Positions 56,242-64,000 of a stretch of DNA of 64,000 bases are shown here, piece by piece (within the stretch, counting starts at the first letter, position 1; each line of letters begins with the position of its first letter). The stretch comes from a virus: positions 32,596-96,595 of IMG/VR virus record IMGVR_UViG_3300020000_000011. One strand, 5' to 3'. The notes beneath the pieces were generated by a model that was not told the DNA's origin, did no database searches, and saw only the letters and a program-made list of their open reading frames with translations. The position numbers were made by a program, and so were the translations under genes.

Positions 56242-58254
56242 ATGGCTACGCCCATGAAGATGACGGCTGAGGCCGTCGCATCCCGCCTGGAAGAGGACTA
56301 CTCATCCGGCGCCCCCTACCAGTGGGCCATCGAATGGCTCCGCAACGTATGGGCCAAACCCACGGCAACCGAGGCGTTCATCCGCATCGTCGAGATCCCC
56401 GGCAACGGCACCCGCCTCGTCATGATCGACAACGGCGCACCGATCACCGAGGATCTGCTGTACGAGTACATCGCCACCCTCGGCGCCGGTGACGGCTCGA
56501 TGTGGCGGCTCGACAACATGGAGGGCAACCGGCACGCCGGACTCCGCGCCTCGATCCTGCCGTGGGCCGACATGACCGTCGCCGTCTGGGACGACGACAT
56601 CATGCCGAACGGGTTGGAGATCGAACTGTTCTACGACCCGGCCACCACCACCTACGAGTCCAGCGACGTCGTCGCCCTCGATCCCGACATGCTCGCCGCG
56701 CTCCGCAAGGAAGTCACGCCCTACGCAGACTCGCCCGACGAGATCCCGGGACTGTCGCCCACCCACAGCGGTGCGTTCACCCGTGGCGTCGCCTTCATCC
56801 TGTTCGACCGCGACGACACCAAGGACGGCCCGTTCTACGACGAGCGCAAGGGCGAGACGTCCGGCGGTGTCCAAGACGCACTCCGCGACCGTGTCTACGC
56901 GGCGGTCAACCAGGCGACCGGCGACCCGCTGCGGATCGTGGCCGAGGTGACAATGCCCCTCGCCGACACGAAGGACAAGAAAGGCGGCGGCGCAGTCGTC
57001 AACATCAACGGTGCCCCGACCCGTCTGGACAGCCGCGAGATCAAGGGAATCCAACCCTGGTTGGATCGCCCGTCGGTCACCGGCGACCCGCTCGTCGTCG
57101 ACGACTACGGCACCAGGATCCATTGGTGGCTGCTCGACGAACTCGGCGACAACCGGCGTCTGATGAACGCCGGTCGCGGCATCGCAGCGATCCGCTACAA
57201 GAACGAACTCATGCCCCTGTCCGACAGGGTGCAGAACGACATGCGTCGCTTCGGGATCGTTCTCAGTGCCGTCTACGACCGGCTGGCGATCGTCATCGAA
57301 CCGCCGACGTCCGGTCCCGGCTGGCACGTGAAGCAGAACCCGGCCCGTTCACGGGTCGAGTCGTTCAACGGCTTGCCGCTCCCGCTCGACGAGTGGGCCG
57401 AGGCGTTCGTCACCGACATGCCCCTGGCGATCCGTGACGCCAACGCTGCTGCCCGTTCCCTCGGGATCAGCACGTCGAACAGCCACCTTGCCCGAGTGAT
57501 GGAGAAGTTCACCGACCGGTTCAAGGTCCTCGCTGCTTCACGGCGTCGCAAGCCTGGCACCGGTGTCATCGGCGAAGTCGCCAACGACACACCGGCGCCC
57601 AGCGCGGATCCCGGCGACGAGGCTCGTCTGCCTCGCGAGGGCGGCGTCGGCTCGGTCACGGTCGTCAAGCCCTCCGAGAACAAGGGCGGTCGGACCAACG
57701 GTGTGCTCACCGTCAACCGGCCACACACCGGCACGGGTGCCGAGGAATCGGTGTTCCGCGCTGGGGCGAAGCGTCGTGCTCGTCGCGCCCGTGACGTCCC
57801 GGCCGAGGTCGCCGTCGAAGAGAAGGCGATGGGCATGCTGCCGGAGTACCTGTCGAACGCCGAATGGCACGCCCGCTTCGACGGTGCCGCCGACGTCGAC
57901 CCCTACGGCTACTTCTGGGATCGTGTCTCCAAGGTGTTGACACTCAACGTCGACCACCCAGTCCACGAACTGGCCATCGACTACTACACCGGCGCATGGC
58001 TCGACGCCCGCCCGAACATCCGTCGCAGGGCGACGACCGAAGAGATCCGCGACGCAGTCTTGGAGGCGTACTTCCTTGACACGTTGACGGGGATCTCGGC
58101 CGCTGTCCGGCTGCACGGTAGTGAGGGACGGGCACACCTGGAGATGACTCCCGAGGTGATGACCAAGTCGCACTACAACACCGCCGGGGTCGACGCGCTG
58201 ATCGAACCGTGGCTCGGTGCGCTCGGCTCGACACGGCGGGCCGTCGTGGCGTGA
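56242..58254 (+). CDS. GHKL (Hsp90/MORC-like) ATPase-domain protein, degenerate motifs
   Basis: EWLRN, MIDNGAP, GNRHAGLR approximate ExxxN, DxGxG and GxxGxG; RBS GAGG. Confidence 0.55.
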   Translation: MATPMKMTAEAVASRLEEDYSSGAPYQWAIEWLRNVWAKPTATEAFIRIVEIPGNGTRLVMIDNGAPITEDLLYEYIATLGAGDGSMWRLDNMEGNRHAGLRASILPWADMTVAVWDDDIMPNGLEIELFYDPATTTYESSDVVALDPDMLAALRKEVTPYADSPDEIPGLSPTHSGAFTRGVAFILFDRDDTKDGPFYDERKGETSGGVQDALRDRVYAAVNQATGDPLRIVAEVTMPLADTKDKKGGGAVVNINGAPTRLDSREIKGIQPWLDRPSVTGDPLVVDDYGTRIHWWLLDELGDNRRLMNAGRGIAAIRYKNELMPLSDRVQNDMRRFGIVLSAVYDRLAIVIEPPTSGPGWHVKQNPARSRVESFNGLPLPLDEWAEAFVTDMPLAIRDANAAARSLGISTSNSHLARVMEKFTDRFKVLAASRRRKPGTGVIGEVANDTPAPSADPGDEARLPREGGVGSVTVVKPSENKGGRTNGVLTVNRPHTGTGAEESVFRAGAKRRARRARDVPAEVAVEEKAMGMLPEYLSNAEWHARFDGAADVDPYGYFWDRVSKVLTLNVDHPVHELAIDYYTGAWLDARPNIRRRATTEEIRDAVLEAYFLDTLTGISAAVRLHGSEGRAHLEMTPEVMTKSHYNTAGVDALIEPWLGALGSTRRAVVA

Positions 58255-58916
58255 CCGGCGAACAACTGTCGTTGGAGGGGGTCGACCATCGGTCGGCCCC
58301 CTTGCCGCGTCTGGTGTACGCCATCGACCCGACGCACTCGACGAACTCGCAGCGGATCTCCGATCTCGCGAGGCTCGGCTACCTACCAACACCGGTCCTC
58401 GACTGCACGTTCGGACTCGGCGGATTCTGGAGCGGTTGGCAACCCGAGTTCCTCGTCGCCTGCGACCTGGACCCGGACAAGGCCCGCGACATCCGCTGCG
58501 ACGTCCACGCCTTGCCGTTCGCCGACCGGTCGTTCCCGGCCGTCGTGTTCGACCCGCCGTACAAGGTTCGCCACGGCGGCAACACCGAAGCCTCGATGAC
58601 CCAGGGCGGGATCGACATCTCCGACCGCTACGGCTCCGAGGGCGACCTGCGTTCGCAGACGATCGGCAAGCCGTGGCTCTCGGGCCTGCCGGAGGTGCTG
58701 CGTGTCGCCGACCGGTTCGTGATCGTCAAGTGCCAGGACCAGGTCGCGGCGTGGCAGTCGTACGACGTGGCCGCGCTGGCCGGGACGCTCGGGTGGCGGC
58801 TGAAGGATCTGCTGCTGCTCGGCAACACGATCTTCAACCCGAACGTCCAGCGCCACGCCCGCCGGAACTACTCGACGTTCGTGGTGTTGCAACGTGTTCG
58901 GAAACGTGGCCGCTGA
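58251..58916 (+). CDS. SAM-dependent DNA (N6-A/N4-C) methyltransferase-like protein
   Basis: VLDCTFGLGGFW, LPFAD.SF..VVFDPPY, IVKCQD. Confidence 0.75.
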   Translation: MTGEQLSLEGVDHRSAPLPRLVYAIDPTHSTNSQRISDLARLGYLPTPVLDCTFGLGGFWSGWQPEFLVACDLDPDKARDIRCDVHALPFADRSFPAVVFDPPYKVRHGGNTEASMTQGGIDISDRYGSEGDLRSQTIGKPWLSGLPEVLRVADRFVIVKCQDQVAAWQSYDVAALAGTLGWRLKDLLLLGNTIFNPNVQRHARRNYSTFVVLQRVRKRGR

Positions 58917-58960
58917 CCAGGCACGTTGTCATTCCGCAGATACCGTGGTATACTGTTGTC

Positions 58961-59203
58961 ATGACCGAGACACCAGACATCACATCCACCCCCCTCGACT
59001 GGGTCGGCAAGACCCTCACCTGGGACGGCAACAAGCGGTTCCACATCGAAGCGGTCGAACCGTGCAACGAGTGGTACTACCGAATGACCGGCGCCAACCC
59101 GAAGATCCCCCGCTGGAACGTTCGCTGCCGCCCGATCCGCCCCAACCGCCCACTCGGCGCCATCCGCGAGTTCGCCCTCACCGCCGACGCGCTGGTCGCC
59201 TGA
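58961..59203 (+). CDS. hypothetical protein
   Basis: TATACT 6 nt before the ATG. Confidence 0.6.
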   Translation: MTETPDITSTPLDWVGKTLTWDGNKRFHIEAVEPCNEWYYRMTGANPKIPRWNVRCRPIRPNRPLGAIREFALTADALVA

Positions 59204-59469
59204 TGGCCGACATCACCGACGAGACAGTCACGATCGCCGGGCGCACCATCGCCGTCGGCTACTCCATCAAGGTGCTCCCCACCGCCGGGAACAAGACCAG
59301 CTTCATCGGTCGCATCCGCGGCTGGTGGATCGACAACGGCGAAGTCGTCACCATCGACGTCTGGGGCGGACGCCCCGGCAAAGAGAAGATGCGATCGTTG
59401 CGCCTCGACCAAGTCGAGATCCTCTCGACCCGCATGCAGAACAAACTCCAACGAGCAAGGACATCATGA
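59203..59469 (+). CDS. hypothetical (SH3-like) protein
   Basis: TGATG coupling. Confidence 0.55.
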   Translation: MADITDETVTIAGRTIAVGYSIKVLPTAGNKTSFIGRIRGWWIDNGEVVTIDVWGGRPGKEKMRSLRLDQVEILSTRMQNKLQRARTS

Positions 59470-59678
59470 ACACCACTCTCACCGGCCCACAGCAAGCACT
59501 GCTGGAACGAGTCCGCAGCGAAGGCACCGTCGTCCAGAACGGCCGTGCCCGGCGCACCGTTCAAGCACTCGTCGACCGCGGCCTCGTCGTCTCCGAGTAC
59601 GACCTGATCCCCCATGCCATCGGATCGTGGACCGAAAGATTCACACTCACGTTGGCTCCCAACGATAGCGAGGTATAG
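59466..59678 (+). CDS. small winged-helix-like protein
   Basis: LTGPQQALL...RTVQALVDRGLV. Confidence 0.55.
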   Translation: MNTTLTGPQQALLERVRSEGTVVQNGRARRTVQALVDRGLVVSEYDLIPHAIGSWTERFTLTLAPNDSEV

Positions 59679-59686
59679 TTACCGCC

Positions 59687-59863
59687 ATGACACAGACACC
59701 AGACACAGACAAGACCTACAAGATCATCCGGTTCTACCAAGACGCCGACTCCGAGATCATCACCCGCGGCCAAACGCTGGCACAGGCCCAAGCGCACTGC
59801 CAACGTGAGGACACCCACGGCGAAGGCTGGTTCGACGGCTACGACGTGGACGAGCAGTCATGA
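59687..59863 (+). CDS. small conserved phage protein
   Basis: YKIIRFY...G.TL.QAQAHC...WFDGY; leaderless TATAGT. Confidence 0.6.
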   Translation: MTQTPDTDKTYKIIRFYQDADSEIITRGQTLAQAQAHCQREDTHGEGWFDGYDVDEQS

Positions 59864-60405
59864 GAGTCAACCGAGTCCAACGAGCGACCGGCTCGACGAA
59901 GCGCCCGTGGCGCGACCCGAAGTGCATGAAGTGCCGCAAGGAAATCTTGAAGGGCGAGCCGTACCAGTGGGCGCAAGGCTTCCACGGTCCGAAGATGATC
60001 ATCTGCGGGACGTGCGTGTTCTCCCGCTCCGACCTGACCAACTCCAAGCTGGCGCAGGTCTACGAAGCGTTCGACGGCGCCTACGACGAACTGGCCGAAG
60101 CCGACGAGTCCACCGACTTGCAGTCGATCCTCGACTCGCTCGTTGCCTCCGTGCAAGAGGTCGCCGACGAGTACCGCTCCGCAGCCGACGAATACTTCTC
60201 CGGTGGCGGACCGAACGCCGAGAAGGCCGACGAAGTCGAATCGTGTGTCGACGAACTCGACTCGATCGACGTTCCCGAACTCGTGTCGTTCGAACAGCAC
60301 TGCATCGACGCCGAGGAAGAACAGTCCGAGCGACAGTGGCGCGACTGGATCCAAGAACAGATCGACACCTTCCGCGGTGACATCGAGAACGCCGACTCGC
60401 TATGA
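59860..60405 (+). CDS. Zn-finger plus acidic coiled-coil protein
   Basis: CMKC..I.KGE.Y...C..C; acidic helical C-terminus. Confidence 0.65.
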   Translation: MRVNRVQRATGSTKRPWRDPKCMKCRKEILKGEPYQWAQGFHGPKMIICGTCVFSRSDLTNSKLAQVYEAFDGAYDELAEADESTDLQSILDSLVASVQEVADEYRSAADEYFSGGGPNAEKADEVESCVDELDSIDVPELVSFEQHCIDAEEEQSERQWRDWIQEQIDTFRGDIENADSL

Positions 60406-60553
60406 CGTACCGATCCATCATGGTCCTCGTCGAGATCGACGACACCGTCTCCCAAGGCGACGAGTTCGAAACGCTGATGGCCGACGTCCAGAACTGCGTC
60501 GAGATGTTCCACGACCCGGCCATCAAGCGGACCAAGGTCACGGAGATCACGTC

Positions 60554-60838
60554 ATGAGGTGCGCGTACTCAGCGATCGACGACTCGATCGTGCTGACCTA
60601 CTCCAACCTCGACGACGGCGTGTGGCTGGAATGCGCCTGCGGCTGGACGACCAACCTCGGCTTCCGCGCCACCCCGCAGAAAGCGATGGAGGAAGTCGCA
60701 GCACACAAGGCGACGACCGCAGCCGATCAGATCTTGGAGATCGTCGCCGAGTTGTACGACTCTCCCGACAACGACCGCTACGGCTCGATCGTCGACCGGC
60801 TGATCGCCGCCGAAGACATCCGGCGGGCGACGTCATGA
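60554..60838 (+). CDS. hypothetical protein
   Basis: ATGA coupling; CACGW. Confidence 0.5.
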   Translation: MRCAYSAIDDSIVLTYSNLDDGVWLECACGWTTNLGFRATPQKAMEEVAAHKATTAADQILEIVAELYDSPDNDRYGSIVDRLIAAEDIRRATS

Positions 60839-61086
60839 GAGCGGCAACGCTCACCACCGCGAAGCGTGTCGCTGCGGCAACCGGGCAGACGTTCCTGTTC
60901 GGCATCCGCGCCAGTGGCAGCGTGTTCGTGCACTGCGACGGCATCGAAGTCGACGGCAACTGGGACGGCTCCGTCCCGGCGCTCGCCACCGAGATCTCGC
61001 AACGCCTGCTCTCCGAACGTAGCAAAGCAACCCAGGCGGTCACCGCGGCCGACAAGAAACTGCGCGTGCTGGACGGTGCGGAATGA
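60835..61086 (+). CDS. hypothetical protein
   Basis: ATGA coupling. Confidence 0.5.
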   Translation: MRAATLTTAKRVAAATGQTFLFGIRASGSVFVHCDGIEVDGNWDGSVPALATEISQRLLSERSKATQAVTAADKKLRVLDGAE

Positions 61087-62162
61087 CGACCGTGTCGCTC
61101 CCCGAGTGCCGCGGCCCACGCGACCTTCCCGAGGTCCGCGCCTGGCTCGCCAACCTGTACCGCCCCGAGTCGCGCTACACCGCAGCGATCGAACGAGGCG
61201 GACTGTCGACCGACTCCCGGTTCATCCGCGAGACACTGAACACCGCCCAACTGTGGTGGGTCACGAAAGAGACATGCGATCTGCTCGCCGCCTCCGCCCC
61301 GTCGATCCCCGACGACGTCGTCATGGACTGGAAAGACGTCCCGGTCCCGGCCGGGTTCGCCGTGTTCGACGAAGACCTGACCGGTTCCGATTCGTACACG
61401 GCCGGTGAACCGGTGCGTGTCTCGGCGATCATGTGGGGACCGGTCGAACTCCCACCGATCGGCGGCATGCGCCTCCCGCTCCCCGGCGGCAAGGTGCTCG
61501 CCGACAAACCGGGCCGCATCGGCCTCGGCATCGGGATGTGGACACGCGCCGATCTCGGTCAAGGGATCAACGGGAAAGAGATGGCGATCCACGCCGGGAC
61601 GTTCTCCGCGCTCGCCGACCACATGCCCCTGTTGTCCACCGGGACGCCCGGCTCAACTCACGTCATCAAGGGCAGCCTGTTCACCTACATCGGGCGGACC
61701 GACTGGCTCGACGGCCGACCGATCAACGAAGTCACCCCCGGCGCACCTCTCGGTAGCTACAACGCCCAGCAGTCGATGACCGAGGACCGCAAGCTGATCA
61801 CCGCCCTGTGGGCGATCACCCGCACCCCGATCGTCTCCCTCGTCCAAGAACACGTCCACCGGTCCACCGCCCGCCGCGCCAAGCGCAAGGGATTCGATCC
61901 TGCGGTGCGTGTGTTGACGCTCCACGGCCCGCGCCTCGACCAGGGTACCACCGAGGCCCACGGCACCGGCACGAGGGACTGGCAGCATTCCTGGGTCGTG
62001 TCGCCGCACTGGCGGTGGCAGCCGTTCGGCCCCGGCCGCACCCAACGCCGCCTGATCCTGATCGGCGCCTACAAGAAAGGCCCCGACGACAAACCGTTGC
62101 TCGGCGGCGAACGAGTCTGGCGTGTCGTCCCTCCGCACGGCGCACCGACGGTGGCGCAATGA
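61083..62162 (+). CDS. conserved phage hypothetical protein
   Basis: C-terminal WVVSPHWRWQPFGPGR..RRLI.I..Y.KGP motif. Confidence 0.7.
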   Translation: MTTVSLPECRGPRDLPEVRAWLANLYRPESRYTAAIERGGLSTDSRFIRETLNTAQLWWVTKETCDLLAASAPSIPDDVVMDWKDVPVPAGFAVFDEDLTGSDSYTAGEPVRVSAIMWGPVELPPIGGMRLPLPGGKVLADKPGRIGLGIGMWTRADLGQGINGKEMAIHAGTFSALADHMPLLSTGTPGSTHVIKGSLFTYIGRTDWLDGRPINEVTPGAPLGSYNAQQSMTEDRKLITALWAITRTPIVSLVQEHVHRSTARRAKRKGFDPAVRVLTLHGPRLDQGTTEAHGTGTRDWQHSWVVSPHWRWQPFGPGRTQRRLILIGAYKKGPDDKPLLGGERVWRVVPPHGAPTVAQ

Positions 62163-62371
62163 CCCCGCTGTTCGCCCTCCTGTACATCGCACTGGCCGTC
62201 ACGTTCGGTGGCTGGTGGTGGCTCGCTGCCGTGCTGATGACGATCGCGTGGGTCGGCGGCAAGATCGCCGACATCCGTCTCGCCTACTGGCAGGAACGCC
62301 TCCGCGAGGTTTCCTCTGATACTCCGATATACTCGCCCCAAGACCCAGACCAAGAAAGTTAGGAACCAACC

Positions 62372-63109
62372 ATGTGGATCATCTCCGACAAAGGCTTCGT
62401 GAGCCTCGTGCAACACGACACCGACCCTGAACTCATCCGAGCACGAGCACGGCGCAAAGCCCACCTGCTCGACACGTTCGACCTGACCGAAGACGAGATC
62501 ATCGACTACGGCCCGAACCCGCCGGACTACCGCTGGCACGCCAACGTTCCCCGTGAGGATGTCGCCGAGGCGATCTCCGACTCGATCATGAACATGTCGT
62601 ACACGTCGCACGTCAAAGAGTCCGTGTCCGGCAACGACCGCCAGATGTACCGGGCGATGATGTCGACCTGGAACGCGTTCTACGAACTGCAACGCCCGCC
62701 GCGCACCGACGGTGACTGGTGGACGAGCCGCTTCGAAGACATCGAAGACGACGACGCTGTTGGCCCCGACGAGTACGACCGAATGTTCCCATCGGCTCGC
62801 CAGGATCGTCTTGAAACGATCCTCGGCCGGGCACGCCAGGGCACGGGCCGCAACCGTGGCGGCATGCGCCGCAACCCACGGGACGGCGACGACTGGTGGC
62901 GGACACCGGCCAAGCCTCGCGACGACGGCAAGGCCGACAAGCCGTTGGAAGAGTTGACCGGCAGCCTCGCTGACCGCATGCTCCAGTCCGCCGGGCGCCT
63001 CGACCAGACGCCTCCCGCCACCGAACACGACGACCTGTTGGCTCCACCGCCGAAGAAGGCCGCGAAGAAGATCCCACCGCCACCGGCCACACCCAAGGCC
63101 AAGTCATGA
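62372..63109 (+). CDS. conserved phage hypothetical protein
   Basis: MWIISDKGFVSLV...RAR...DYRW; promoter/AGAC cassette upstream. Confidence 0.7.
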   Translation: MWIISDKGFVSLVQHDTDPELIRARARRKAHLLDTFDLTEDEIIDYGPNPPDYRWHANVPREDVAEAISDSIMNMSYTSHVKESVSGNDRQMYRAMMSTWNAFYELQRPPRTDGDWWTSRFEDIEDDDAVGPDEYDRMFPSARQDRLETILGRARQGTGRNRGGMRRNPRDGDDWWRTPAKPRDDGKADKPLEELTGSLADRMLQSAGRLDQTPPATEHDDLLAPPPKKAAKKIPPPPATPKAKS

Positions 63110-63302
63110 GCGCCCGAGACGAGTTCCGCCCGGCGAGTGCTGATGGCACCTGCACCGAAGCGGTGTGGGGACCGATGTGCGACGAGATCGACCGGTTGCG
63201 CGCCGAGATGTCCAAGCCGGTGCCGCAGCCGAACAGCCAGGGAATGACGCCGTGGGAAAGCGGGTATGCCGCTCGGTGTGCCGAACTGTACGAGGCGTTG
63301 AA

Positions 63303-63725
63303 GTGAGCGCCTACGACGAGTATCACCACCTGACCGGCAACAAGTTCCGCACTGGCGCCCTCGGTGCCGTGGACTGCGACCGGGCGATGGACGAGATCGA
63401 CCGGTTGCGCGCCTGGAAGGCCGACGCCACCCAGGTCATCGAGAGGTGGGAACGGTGCGCCGATGCAGTGGAGCAGATGGGCTACGCCGGTCCTCTCGGC
63501 GGGTACAAGTCCGATCACGTCCTGGCAACCCTCGGGCAGTTGCACGCCACCCAACACGTCGACCGCGACGCGATGATCGGCCAACTCGTCCTCGACGTTG
63601 ATGCCGCCAACGACCGCGCCAACCGGTGGGCGTACAAGATGACGCTGCTCGTCGGCTGGGTGAAGAACAACTGCACCCCCGAACAGGTCACCGCAGCCCG
63701 CGCTGCGAGCCTCGCAGACCAATGA
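63303..63725 (+). CDS. hypothetical protein
   Basis: GTGA-coupled; DEIDRLRA also present in 63106..63306. Confidence 0.5.
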   Translation: MSAYDEYHHLTGNKFRTGALGAVDCDRAMDEIDRLRAWKADATQVIERWERCADAVEQMGYAGPLGGYKSDHVLATLGQLHATQHVDRDAMIGQLVLDVDAANDRANRWAYKMTLLVGWVKNNCTPEQVTAARAASLADQ

Positions 63726-64000
63726 ACGCATGTCCGTGGTGCGGTAGCCCGCACTGGCCGCAGCGGTACCGGCTGGTCCACGGACGCCCCCGCTCCTGGG
63801 TGCTCCGCGTCAACAAACGCAGAGTCAAGATCAACCACTCGGCCAAGAGCCTCGGCACGTACGGCCTCGCCGCCAACGGTCGCCCGTACATGCGCCGCCC
63901 GGCGTCACGCACCACCGCTCACTGCGCCCACCCATTCCATGATCAAGTCACAGCCGATCCCGAGCCGCCTCGTGTGATCCCCCCGAGAGTCCACAACCCG

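Overview
This window is about 64 kb of a high-GC tailed (siphovirus-like) phage genome. The host is very probably an Actinomycetota member, inferred from the GC content, the TANNNT leaderless promoters and structural proteins resembling cluster-B-type actinophages. The virion gene set is essentially complete but scrambled: maturation protease, capsid hexamer, a capsid pentamer about 38 kb away, major tail, head-tail proteins, large terminase, MuF, portal, frameshifted tail chaperone, tape measure, Dit and minor tail. Also present are two tandem tRNAs (Gly-GCC, Glu-CTC), a MoxR AAA+/VWA cassette, a replication initiator with internal iterons, an ERF annealase, a GHKL-like ATPase next to a DNA methyltransferase, and probable anti-defence genes (an Acb1-like 2H phosphoesterase and an Acb2/Tad1-like sponge). 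Three observations stand out. (1) A 14-kb array of about 15 mostly coupled fibre/receptor-binding genes whose termini look like several orthogonal plug-and-socket pairs, including 7 donor and 7 acceptor halves of a split beta-motif, suggesting a branched receptor-binding tree. (2) A genome-wide bipartite motif, NTA-N6/N8-TATA, that overlaps -10 boxes and is also written into structural genes using rare codons. (3) AGAC repeats at the 5' ends of many transcripts. No integrase, reverse transcriptase or CRISPR array was seen. All family assignments come from motif recognition by eye, not from database searches.
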